A program made the position numbers and the translations under genes. A DNA stretch of 64,000 nucleotides from Bilabrum cf. latius (Eukaryota): the NCBI GenBank assembly GCA_965178125.1, contig OZ237771.1:1-64000 (forward strand), read 5' to 3'. The notes beneath the pieces are model-generated. The model worked only from the letters and a program-made list of their open reading frames with translations. It was not told where the DNA came from and ran no database searches. Position 1 is the first letter of the stretch, and each line of letters opens with the position of its first letter. This document shows, one piece after another, positions 31,858 through 44,090 of this stretch.

Positions 31858-33318
31858 TCAAACAAATGCAAATCCGCTCCCAGCCGAGGGAATTCCTGAA
31901 GAAATTGCACTGCTTGACGCTGCAGCTTCACTCGATATTGCTTCCAAATCTTCATGATGCTGTTTGAAAACGTCGCTCAGAGCAGTCGACGCTTCCTTGA
32001 ATTTATCAGCCAAACCTTGCAATACTCGCTGCTTAGCTTGTTCCAGTTCAGCTGGCTGCCCCGCAAGCCTTCTTGATTCCATTCGGAAGTCATCAAGTGA
32101 GATTGACTATAGCACAGCTACTAGAGTTGATTCCTTGCCCGCTGCTTTGCCGCTCCTTGGGGTCGCCAGTTCATCTCCTGCCAGTGGAGATTCAACAGAG
32201 AAGCCATTCGGACGGGAAGTATCGATGAATCCAAACCCCCCAGATTGGCTTTTCTACGGTGAAGAAGTCGGCCGCAAAGTTGCTCCAGCACCTAAAAAAG
32301 AAAATCCAGATTGGCTGCGTAACGGCGCCTGCGAGGCATCACTCCCTCTGATAAGTTCATCCATCTCAGCATCGTCCCTGCCTCCGTTCTGTGGAGGTTT
32401 TTTGTCGGTTTGCGTTCCCGACGCAATCTCCGCGCCGAAAAGATCGTCGTCACTTTCAGCGTCTATCGGCTCCTCTCCTGCTGATGCCGGTACAAGTGCC
32501 GGTGCAGGCGTAGGCGCGGGCGAAGGCGCAGGTGCGGGTGCGGATGCGGGGGCCGGTGCGGGCGCAGGTGCAGGCCCAGGTGCTGCGGCTGGGGCGGGGG
32601 CTGGGGCGGGGGCGGGAGCAGCCGCCTACACCTGCTGCTGCTCCTTTGCTTTCCTGGCCGCCAGTCTACGGGCCAGCGCGGGGTTCATGGCCCGACCCCC
32701 AGGTGACCCCGCCTCGCCAGCCGGGGAGGCGCGGGTGTCCGCAGCAGGTCCACCAGTTTGCTTGGCAACCAGTTTTTCAATGTCAGCCTGGGGCACTCCA
32801 AGCGCCGTGCAGGCCCTGCGAAGCCCTTCGATCGTCGGCTCGCCCTTGAATTGCCGGCGCTCGTACTTGGCCCGGATGAATGCCTCGCGCTGCGGGGAGG
32901 AGCACGCCGACTTGATCTTGCGACCCGGATCCATTTTCGCCTCCCATACAGCATTCGCACGCGCATTTCCGACGCTGTGCATGTGCCTGACCCATTCGAT
33001 TCGCCAAGCATCCAAAGTGGTGCTCTTGATTTTCGTGATATGTGTCCCCATTTGCCTATGGATGCCAGAGCACTTTATGCACATGAAAAGCCCAAGATTT
33101 ATAGATGCCCATGAAGGAGCTGCGTTCAGAAATCAAGCGCAAATCGGGAATATGCCGCAGCATACGCGGCTTCGCGTGGAGACGCTTGCGGAGCGAGCTT
33201 CAAAGTAAGTTCGACTGTGACACTCATATGGCTCACATCTAGCACCACAGTCTGCACAATTACGATTCCAAGGCTGCTGCAGCACCTGTTCCAGCGCTCT
33301 ATGCTCGGGTGACCCCAT
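31858..33318 (-). CDS. ADP-ribosylation factor GTPase-activating protein (ArfGAP, SMAP/AGD5-like); 1 intron, 3 in-frame TAG
   Basis: Removing intron 33236-33120 (GT-AG) gives NRNCADCGARSPSWASINLGLFMCIKCSGIHRQMGTHITKIKSTTLDAW. The frame continues through TAG at 32626, ~32254 and 32107 to TGA 31858. Confidence 0.9.
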
Positions 33319-33790
33319 AGTCTTGCCAACGTTCGAGAAAGCCCTATTTACACCAATCCCGCGGCTCAGCTAGAATATGGGCAACCGCCTGCTTCCGGGA
33401 CGGCTTCTGCACAAGAACCTGTTGCGCGGTCTGCGCGACCTTCCCCCTACCAGAAATTTGTGGCCGTGTCTTGGTCGTTGCACGGTGTCTACTAGTGTGA
33501 CGAAACCCGGAACCAGCACCAGACAGTGTCCAAATTAATAAATACGTAGAATCCTACCGAGCTAGATTACATCAATCTGAAATCACTATGTCTTGCTTGC
33601 AAGTAGATGTGCGGCTAGTTGCGTATCGGGGCAATGCTACATTGGATTTCCGCGATACCATCATCCAAATTACATTGTTGCATCGATGATCTCCCAATCA
33701 TTGCAGGCATACGTAGGCGACCAGGTAGCCACAATACGGTGCAAACGGCTTGCACCGCATCACACTGTCAGTTGGCTCGCGGCGGCAGCG

Positions 33791-34462
33791 ATGTCTCGCG
33801 CGACTGCACCAGTCTCCGGCGCTACCACCTCCAGTGAGCCCGCCTCGCGACCCCTCGCTCTCCCAGACGGAGGGCAATCCGCCGGATTTCCTGTAAGAGT
33901 CGTCTGGCTGAGAGCTGGTGTGTCCATTTCAACCGCCGCCGACTGGCGAGAGGGTGTGGAGCTGCCCCCGGAGCAGCCCTTGGAGGAAGCCCTCTTATCG
34001 CCGGCGAGGAGCAGAGCAGACCGGTGGCGCACGGCCGGAGCAGCGGCCGCAGGAGCCATGCAGCGCGAGGCCACCCCGCCGGCCTCCGCTCCATCGGCCT
34101 CCACTCCATCGGCCGGGTCAACCCCACGGGCAGGGGTGCCTTCCCAGGATGCCGCCGGAGACGACCATAGCTAGGGATTGGTGGAGTGGCGCAGCGTGGC
34201 GGTGCGGGTGTTTACGGGGCACGATGTGCTGGGGGGTGGTGTGATGAGTGCGGGGAGAGGCGGCGGAGTAGCTACCTCGGCGGTGTCACTGGGTGCTAGT
34301 GTGACGAGTGCGTCTGGCGTGGTTGGGACCGCGCTTGATGCACCGCAAGCGGCTGCGTTTGCCCGGGCCCACGGATGCGACGAAGAGGAGGAGGAGAAAG
34401 GGGATGGTGGTGAGGGCGGAGGTGATAGTGTTGCGGGTGCTGCTGGAACGTCTGGAAGCTGA
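33791..34462 (+). CDS. Hypothetical protein (~223 aa)
   Basis: GC-rich ORFs 33593-34174 and 34178-34462 joined across TAG 34172. No recognisable domain; structure uncertain. Confidence 0.35.
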
Positions 34463-35042
34463 TGAGTGCACTGGCAGGTTCTTAGAAGGACTCAATGAGG
34501 CAAATGTACCACCCACCGGCGTGCCAATCAACGGAATCGAACGCGGCTGAGGGGCGAGTATGGCATGTGGCGTGATGAGACTGTGGGGTATTTCAAGCTT
34601 AGTCAAATCTGGGATCGTTACCCCGAACGGCCTCCGAGAAACTCTCTTCATCCTAAAGGATCACCTTGTCGCTGGTTCCATTAGCGGTACCCGTACCTGA
34701 TGCTGCAGTCCATTGGTGTGCAACGTCATCGTCACATCTCCAGGCTTCTATTAGATCTAGATCGGTATGATTCATCAGGCCGACTTGGACACACGCATAT
34801 TGTGACATTGTTTACAGTCAGCAGGTGAGCTATTGGCACCACGCCTTATCTGGATCCAGGATGGATCCCTTTCCGTGGGTCGCACTGCACTGCACTCCGC
34901 TGCGATTACGCCTGCTGAGCCAAACCATCTATGGGAAAAAAATGAATGAACATAATCCTTTCAGCAATTACCTTATGATCTGTAACACCCCGCCTCATCC
35001 CGCCCCGCCCCCCCCCCGCCCCGACCTGCTCCCTCACTGCAC

Positions 35043-37983
35043 TCATCCCTCGTCCTCCCCCCCGCCCTCCTCTGCTTCCGCCGCCTCCTCCTGCGCCTGC
35101 GCCCAGTTCACGTACGCCTCCGTGCCCTCCTTGGGCGTGCCATCCACGTGCAGCTCAGGGTCCAGTCCCGGCGGCCACCAGCTGCTGACCCCTGTCTCTT
35201 CATTGAACCAGTAGATGTCGCCCTCGTCCTCGTCCACGCAGCGCACCCACCCGGCAGAGGTGCGCCGGGCAAGGAACCCCCGCGCCGCGCGCTGCACGAC
35301 CACTGCCGCGGCCAGCTCTTTCTTGGTTCCAGACTTGCCAGCTGCCTTGCCCTTTGTCTTTCCTTTGGCCTTGCCCTTGGCTCCGCCCGCCTTGGCCACG
35401 GAGGACTTGGTCTTGGCGGATGATGCCGTCTTGGCCTTCGTCTTCGTCGAGGCTGCCTTGCCGCCCGCGCCGCCTTTGGCCACCTTCGGATCCTCCTTGG
35501 GACTTGTTCCCCCGCTTGTACCCTGGCTCTCCGTGCTGCCCAACCTCTTCCGTGCCCTTCTCCTGGAGCCCATGAGCGTGCCCGCGGGGCGGCGCCGGGG
35601 TCCTGCCACGGAACCCCCCGCCGATCCATCGGTGGATTTTCCCTTCTGCTGGTTCAGTTTCTTCCTGAGGGCAGGGTCGATGACCCCCCTCGAGGCCCTG
35701 GCCCCCTTTCTAGAGTGCCACGGGAGCAGTCCACCGTCGCTGCCCACGGCCTTGGCGAGCGCCTTGCCTGCCCTGCCCCCGGCCTTGACCCCTTTGCTGG
35801 TCTTGGCAGCGCCGCCGGCGGCGGCGGTCGATCCACCGGACCCCGAGGCGGGCGAGACCGACCGCGGGGACGATGAGCCGCTCATCACCTTTGCCTTGAC
35901 TTCCCCTTTAGTCTTGGCGGCAGCTGCAGCGGGTGCCGGTGCGGGGGTGGGGGTGGGCACGGCCACTGGGGCTGGGGCAGCTTTCGCCTGCATTTTCTTC
36001 TACTCCTCCTCTTCTTGTGTCTGCTGCTTCAGCTTAGCGGCAGCGGTTTCTGCTTCTTCCTTCGCCCGCGCCTCTGCCTCTGCCCGCGCCTACTCCTTGG
36101 CCTCCTCGACGGCTGATTGCTTCTCCTTCTCTGCACTCGCCACGGCCTCAGCTGCCCTGCCCTCCGCCTCGGCTGCCGTCCTGCGGGCCAGCTCCAGCTG
36201 TTCCCTGAGCCTCCTCCTGTCTCTCTCAGCGTCGCGCAGCTGCTCCTCAAGACGGCTCCGATCCGCCTCTGCAGCCGAGAGTGCGTGGGCCATGGCTGCG
36301 GCTGCCTGCGCCTGCGCCTTGGACTGAGGCTTGCTCTCCTGCCCAGGCTTTCCTTCGCCGATACTACCCGCGGGAACGTCCTCAACCGCGGCCGTGTCCT
36401 TGCCAGCCCCACCCTCCACCCCGCCCTCCCCCTGCACCCCCCCCGCGGCACCCCCCCCCATCATTGCCTCATACAGGGCCGCCCTCGCCGCCTCGTCTCT
36501 GCTCTCCACCACGGCCCGCCGCACCGCCTGCACCCAGTAGGCGGCCTCCTCGGGAGTGTCCACCAGACAGGCCAGGGGCTTGCCCTCCCGCAGCAGCACG
36601 TCCCACCGGCGGCCCCCGCGCTTGCCCTTGCGCACCTCCGCGCCCGCGATGTCCCCAAACGCAATGCGATGCACCCCACCGGACCCGCTCTCCACCCCCG
36701 AGGCATCTCCCGTCCAGTAGAACAGCGCCCTCTCCCCCTTGCTGAGCACAACGTACCGCGCCCTCCACCGGAACATGCCTGCCTCCCCCTTGATGAGAAC
36801 CTGGCCTTCCAGTGCCACACCGTGCGCGAAGCTCAGCGATTCCCGGCTCCCCGGCTCCCCGACCTTCGTGAAGGTTCCCTCCAGCAGCCGCACCACGTCA
36901 TCGTGACCCTCGCGGCGGGCCGCCTCCAGCGCAGTCAGCCCCTCCCGCGAGCTGGCCCCACGGTCCGCGCCCGCAGTCAGCAGAGCGTGGGCCGCGTCCA
37001 CGTGCCCGCAGAGGCACGCGAAGTGCAGGGGGCGGAAACCGGAACTGTCCGGCTGGTTCGGGGGCGCCCCCGCCGCGAGCAGCAGCTCGATCACGTGCAC
37101 GTTCCCCGTGGCTGCAGCCCTGTGCAGGGCCGCGCACCCGGCCGCGTCCTGCGCCCCCGGTGACACCCCCTCCCTGAGCAGCCGGTGCACCCGCCGCACG
37201 TCTCCCGCATAGGCAGCGTCGGAGAGCTGTGCCGCGGCCAGTGAGTCGGCCGAGAGAGCCAGGCTCCCCCCCCCAGCCCTGCTCCCCCAGGGCCCCGCGT
37301 CACCCGCGTATCTCGCGGCGGAGGCAGCCGCGTCCACTGCGGGGGGGTACAGCTCTGCGATGGCCCTCACCGCGTCATCGTGACCCGCCGCAAGTGCAGC
37401 GGCCATCGGGGTCTAGCCGTCCTGCAGTGCAGTGCACATAACTGACGGACAGAGGAAGCGAAGGTAGGGCGAGAAAGTCGGTTGGGTGGATTGGACGCGT
37501 GCGGATGCTCTGCTGAAGACTCACGAGCGCGGGCTATGCCGGGTCTGCGCCTCCCTTGAGTAGCTCCAGCACAACGGCAGTGTGGCCACAATGACATGCA
37601 TAGTGGAGGGCGGTGTCCCCTGCGAGATCGTGGGCGTTCACCGTGGCGCTGTTGCGCAGCAGCAGCTGCACTGCCGGCAGCGACCCTACCACCGACGCAC
37701 TGTGCAAAGCCGTCATCCCTGCCTGCGATATAGATAAGACAAACAACAGGAAACCTAATTTGCTGCCGGACACAGCACGTCTGTCGTGTACGAGTTTGGC
37801 ATGCGCGTTGCTGTGACTCAGTAGACCAGCGGGCATCCCACTAGAGCTAACCTTATCCCTTGCGTCGACATGGAATCCCGAATCTATCAATGATTGCAAA
37901 GCTGTCAGGTCCACTGCTTGGGCGGCTGCGTTCAACGCTGCTCCTTCTTCGCTCTTCGCCCAAGCCGGTGGGGCAACCGACAT
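35043..37983 (-). CDS. Ankyrin-repeat + PH + coiled-coil + IQ + WW-like domain protein; 2 introns, 4 in-frame TAG
   Basis: Introns 37851-37723 and 37524-37422 (GT-AG). Ankyrin GMTALH/GDTALHYAC/DG[TAG]TPM/GFRPLHFAC. PH-like WRARYVVL..EEAAYWVQAVR. IQ VQRAARGFLARR. WW-like GWVRCVD..YWFNEETGVSSWWPP. Ends in TGA. Confidence 0.85.
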
Positions 37984-38385
37984 TTCAGCACCTGGCCGTG
38001 CGTCAAATCGCTGAGGGCAAGCTTGCGCAATCGACCTACAACACAAAATTAGTTGAAACCTGCGGGTCTCGAAGCACTAAGGTCTTGATCGAGTGGGTCT
38101 GACGGCGCGGACGGAACAAGCGACCACACACCGCCGGCGGGCCCAGCGGCGCCGCGCAGCGACCAGTTGTTGGATGCCGGCCTTTTCGTAGAAGTAGTCA
38201 GAGTAATGCAGCGCACTTCAAAATCTGTCCATGAGTAGCTCCGTGCCCGTGTGCTGGCCCGACGGACCCAAAGTAAACAATCCGTACCAGGCGCATCGCC
38301 TGTCCGTTCGCGACTGCAACGACCAGCTGCTGTACCAAGCGCTGCCGAGAGGCCCATATCTAGTCAGGACCCGATCAAGTCCGGC

Positions 38386-40422
38386 ATGTCAATTCCAACA
38401 TTCCAGCATGGTGCTTTGTCGGTACCAGATGCAGGGATCCCTATCCTAGCGTGCAGCCGCAGGCGAGAGTGGATAAGCAGAGTGCTGTTAGCATGGACCA
38501 CGTTTGTGCATCACGTGGCGACGCTTGACAAAGAAGATCGTGATCGTGTAAACCTGGATTCTTTGGAGCTTCCACCGGCTCCCGTTGCACTTGCGATCCC
38601 GAACGACGGTGCTGTTGCACTGTTGCGAGCGACCGGGCTTGCAGCAGGACCGGCCGTGCAGCAGACGAGGGGCGACGACTTCAAGTTCAAGGCAGCCGCG
38701 TAGCATGAGAAAGACGCCAAGGAAGCTGCTTTGCGACGCGAGAAGCAGAGCGTCCAGGATGCTCGGAATCTGCTGGATCTCGCTTCTGCTGCGCTCGAAG
38801 AGGCGCTAGCGAAGCACCGGGCGGCTGGAAAGAAGGATGACGGAAGCAAAGAACAATTATGTGATGGATCAGTGAGCCCTCTCGATGCAGTGGGTGACGG
38901 CAGTGTCGGTGGCAGCGACCATGAGAGCAAGGCGGCTGCCGGTGAGACTAGCACAGAACCTCAGACGAGCCGCGCAACCTCCAGCCGAGTGGTGGCAACA
39001 CGCGCAGGGGACCCCCTGATGAGCGGCGGTATCGATAAAATACCCTATTCCTCCTCCTCGTCCTCCTCGATCCGCTCGTCCTCATCCTCGTCATCGTCCA
39101 TGCGCTCCTCCCTGCGAGCACTCCTGCCGACGGGGCCCCCCGCCGATGGTGCCTCACGGCGATCGGAGCTGGAGTCCCTCCGCCTGGAATCATCTGCTCT
39201 GCTGCTGCGGTACGCCAGGGCGCAGTCGAAGGGAATCCTGGGCATGGGTGTGACGAGTGAGGTGTCGGAGGTGGCTGCATCGGTGGGGTCGGCTGCCAGC
39301 GCAGTAGAAGAGGCATCATCGCACGACGGCGCTCCGGCTCGCGGTGGGACTGATGAGCCGGGACCCTCACACCGCCAGACCACTGCAGCACCGGACACTG
39401 AACTTGCACCGGCACAGCCCCAGGCAAAAGTCCAAGCAGATCCTGCGGCTAGCCATGCTGAGGACGGTGACTTGCCTTCCAACGAGCAACGCCATGCGCT
39501 GGCCGATGCTGTGGCAGAGCGGGTGCACTCGTCACACCATCACTCCTGGGTGTCGATGAGCAGAAACTCCGCGATCGAGGCCCTGGCCCTCGTCGCAGAG
39601 AGAGTGGCGTCTGGGTGCAGCGCACTGCAGGGTCAAGGGCCTGGTGGGCGGGCTGGGGCGGGCCAACGACACGCCGAGTGGCTCGGGCCCATGGTGGCCG
39701 GGCAGCTTGCGCTCTCGTGCAGTGCACCCATGGAGTCGGCCCCGGTGGGCACGCCTCGCAGCAGCACCAGCGGCAGGACCGGCGGGCTGCTGGCTGTGCG
39801 CGGCGCCCGCGGTGGTTCCGCAGCGGGTCAGCTGTTGCTGCCCGAGGACGCGCTGGCCTCGTAGTCCTCGGCTCGGAGAACAACGAGGAGGGTGCAGCGC
39901 GCCAGGGAACAGGGGTTGCAGGGGCGGGTGAGGGGCAGGGTACTGAGCGGAAGGAAGAGGGGGAGAAGCAATGGGGGCCCTCTGGGGACCAAGACTAGGG
40001 TGGTGCAGGCTGCTGGGTGGGGCGGGCGAGATGCCGCTGAGGGTGAGGGTGAGGGCGGGAGAGAGGGCGTGGGCGTGGGCGTGGGTTAGGATTCGAGGGT
40101 GCGTGGAGCAGTTGCTCCCGTCCCCCTGGGAGGTGAGGGGAAAGATGGGGGATAGGATACTGGATCGGAAGCAACCGCTGGCAGCGTGCCTGGTCTCAAG
40201 GTGCAAGGCACTGATGTGCAAGGTGCAGGCGTGGATGGAGGCAGTCTGGAGGCGGCGCTGCTGGCGGTGCAAGGGAGGCTAGGGGATAGGATGACTGGGT
40301 ATAGAATGGGGCTTGAAGGTGAAAGCGCCTCCGTCTCGAGCGAGGACTCGATCATGCTGGGGGGCCAGGGGGAGCCTCCCCGAGCACCTCCGAATTCGCC
40401 AGTGTCAGTGCAAGGCGTTTGA
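38386..40422 (+). CDS. Hypothetical low-complexity protein (~678 aa); 4 in-frame TAG
   Basis: ORFs 38251, 38731, 39892 and 40186 share one frame, are separated only by TAG, and end in TGA. Confidence 0.6.
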
Positions 40423-40936
40423 ATTGGAATTGGAAGCAAACTTGGTTGACCACCAAGCCACGACACCTTGCGACCAGTGGTGTCCGAGTGGCTCCAGCCT
40501 GGAGCCTCCAGACTAGCCTACGAAGCGTATACTATTGGGAGGGCCAATTTGGTGGAACGGATAACAGTGCGCGTAGAATTAACTATCAAAAAGAAGATTG
40601 GAACGAAGGTCGTCGGCAGTGGTTGGATTCGTCAAGCTGGCCCAAAGCATCAAAGGAAGACCAGACATGGAACAGCAGTATTAGTTTGACCCCAATTTAC
40701 GAAGTATTCGGCCAGCTGGGACTCAACTGTAAGGCATCCATCGGATTGTGTATTTATTAGATTTCAATCCCCCTAGCTCACTTGCAGTTTCAAGTCCCGC
40801 GCTTCTCCACAGCTAAAACGGAACTGTTTTGGTCTTATTGAATGTTGCAGTACAGGCATATCCTCAGTGGCAGGGTCCGGGGCTTATCCCCGTGAGAAGG
40901 TTGCTAATATATAACTGACTTGTGTTGCGAAGTAGT

Positions 40937-43900
40937 ATGAACTGTTTTCACTAGCAAGTCGCCCCCACCGCGTTGGTATTACCATCCCCGGCTACCTTCG
41001 CAGCCGATGTCACTCTCACGCGCACCAAAGCTGGTGGTCCGCAGCCCGACAACGTTTTATTGCCTACACATTAGGAGCAAGAACACAGCTCGGCGCCAAC
41101 TGTGTATCGCGCTCGCCGCCCAAGACGTACCATCAAGATTAAGACGGCGGACCGCAAGACACCAGCGTGGGCAGCAATGGCTCAACGGCGTGCCGAATAG
41201 GAAGCCCAAAAGGCAGCAATCGACAAACAACCTCGACCGACGCGTACTGATCAGCCCAGCCCTGCCATCTCTGCACCTGCGCCGGAACGAATGTTGCAGC
41301 GAGTAGCCGCAGCTAGTGGCAGTGCTCATGGTCCATGTGATCTGCCAATCCGCTCTGCGAAGCGATTCAAAGTCAATCGCAATGTTGGGCGAACCCTAGT
41401 GCGGAGGGAGGGTGGCGGTAGGATATCTGGCCGTGTCGTTGCCGGGGCATCTAGGAGTGAGCTGCCTCTTGTGAAGCTGAGGTAGCGTGCAGCCCAGTTG
41501 CGAGCCTTTGACCGGAAGCTGAGGTAGCGTGAAGCCCAGTTGCAAGCCTTTGACCGGAAGCTGAGGTAGCGTGAAGCCCAGGTGCAGGCCAAGGACCAGC
41601 AGCGAAGGGAACGTGATGCCCAGGTGCAGGCCCTCACCTCGACGACCCCTTTTGGGCAGGCATGCCTCGCGCTGGTCGCCGACGTGGATGCGGGGCTTCT
41701 GCCCAGTCCCCTAGAAGACGAAACGGGTGACCCTATGGCAATTGGTGCGGCGCTGCGGGCCCGGCTAGGGCTAGGTGTGGGCGGGATGGGCAAGGACGAG
41801 GACATGCGGAGGCAGCTGGCACTGTATATGGGCCGGCACCGCGCTGCACTGCAGGACCTGGAGCTGGGGGCCGTGGCGGGCGGGGACTGGTTCGGGCATC
41901 TGCACGGGCGGATGAAGTACGCTACTGGGGGAAACGGCCGCCTAGATCTCGGGGCGGTGCTGCCGCCCGATGAGCTGGAGACTGGGCTCATCGGCGGTCG
42001 GGCGCGCGTGATGGAGGCAGGGCCGGCCAAGCGGCGCCCCGGCCGCGCGTAGGTCTTTGCTGCCGGCCACCTGCCCGACTCTGCCTCGATGGCCGCGATC
42101 GAGGCCGGGCGCATCCCTCCGCTGAACCTGCCAGAGGGTAAGCATGGGGCGGGGCAAGGAGTGAACGGTTTCGTATTCGCGATTGAGATGACTCGGCGGG
42201 GGGCCACAGGTGCTAGTGGGGCAGTGGTCGCTGGGTCAACTGATCGATCGCCTATGAGGCTGGCCCTGAAAGGACTGCTTCCATTCGCGCAGGGCAACTC
42301 GTACTACTCCGATCGCGTAATCGGGCAGCACCGTGAGGAGTGGAGGGTGCCTCAGGTGGTGGGCGGGCACAGTAATATCGTGCCCATTAGACACGCATTC
42401 TTCGGTTCTGCCATGCTGGTGCTGCCCTGGGTGGGTTCCGTGTTCATGGAGGCGGGGCAGATCGTGGGGCGCACCACCTGGCTGGCCATGCCCCTGTACC
42501 CCACTAGCCTGAAATCGGCCGCGGAGGACGTGCCGTGCTCGGGGCCCAGGGAGGCGGCGCTGTGGCTGCTGCAGGCACTCGAGGCGATCCAGCACATGAG
42601 GACCATGGGGGCAGTGCACAGGGACATTAAGGCAGACAATTTCTTCCTGGCTGGGGATGGGCGGCTTGTGCTGGGCGATTTTGGAGCCGGCTGTCTGCTC
42701 TTCCACGGGGGCAGGGCAGCCGAGCTGGAGGTGGAATTCCAAGAGAAGCAGCGGCTGCAGGCGCAAGAGCACGCGGCTGCCATAGGTGCCCCAGCTGCTG
42801 ATCCCGAGCTGGCAACTGCAAGAGAAGCAGCTGCAGGCAGAGACGGTGCTGGAAGAGAGCTGGAAGCAACTCCAAATGGATCTTACCCGTTCACGCAAGC
42901 AACGCAAGGGCCACTGGCACGTGCAGAGGGGGGATCAAGCGCAGAAGCAGATGAGGAAGAACAGGAAGAAGAAGAGGAGTTGGAAGATGAAGAGGAGGAA
43001 GAGGCAACCACTGTGCCCGGAGAGGCATTCGAACAATCCGGTGAGGGATCCGGCCATCAACCATTCACGATCCCGACCATCAATGAAGGTGGTGCTGCGG
43101 ACACACGGGCTCCCGAGCTGGTTGCCATGAGTATTCAGAAGGTGAAGAAGGACTCAAGAGGAATGCCACTTAGAAATCTGGCCCAGGCCTATGAGATGTC
43201 CGATGCGTGGGCGGCGGCCAAGACCGTGTGGGGGCTGCTGGCGCAAGGGGATGCGGCTGCGTCTGCTCTCCCTGGCAACGCCAGGCTGTACAAGGACTCT
43301 GCCATCCCGAGGCTACCCCAAGCCGGCAGGGAGCTGGAGGCCATCCTGAGGGGGCTGCTGCAGTCATTGCCAAGCAAACGGCTGCGGCCCGAGAGCGCCA
43401 TGGCCGCCCTGCGAGCCCTGCTGTATGGGCCCTAGAGCTGGGAGCAGGTGGAGCGGGCGGCTGGGGAGGATGAGACCGAGGGCGGATCATCATCCGGTAG
43501 CACCCAGTCAGCTGCGGAGTCAGGGTCAGGAGCAGCTTCAGGTGCGGGGGCGATGACGAGGACTGTGGATGCATCGGCAGCTGCTCCTGAAGGTGCGGGT
43601 GGATCTGCCCGTGAGCTTGAGGTGCTGGTCCGGCGCCAGCTGTGGGAGTGCGCGGCTGTAGACACGGGAGTCAGGGGGGTGGAGGGCGCGCCTGCTGCTG
43701 GATTGTGCTGGGGCCTGGCGGGGCCTGCTCCCATGGTGCGGCTGCCGATCGGGGAGGAGGCGTATGGGGCGTTCGGGTGGGGCGAGCGGCGGTGTGTTCC
43801 AGGAGAGGCGAGCCTGTGGGACCGGTTCCTGCGGCGGGAGGTGCTGCTGCGGGGAGACGGGCCGGATCAGTCTGCGGCTTCCATGGCCAAGGACTGTGCC

Positions 43901-43942
43901 GAACTGGTGGAGGCGGTGAAGAGGTTCGGCCATGTGGAGTGA
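40937..43942 (+). CDS. Ser/Thr protein kinase, PINK1-like, with N-terminal coiled-coil repeats; ~8 in-frame TAG
   Basis: GQGVNGFVF, LALK, HSNIV, HRDIKADN, GDFG, APE, DAWA, ..LLQSLPSKR..ALLYGP. One frame from ATG 40937 (or 41177) to TGA. Confidence 0.82.
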
Positions 43943-44090
43943 CTATTCTTCCATCACCACCGCTTGCGACCAACTATGTCCTGTTGGCTTCAGCCCGCGA
44001 CCGCGACTGGTCGTGGGAAAACAAAGTAAATTGGCTGTTTGATTGCAGGACAACGTTTATACTGCTTGTATCAGTAGATTCCGTCAAGAT

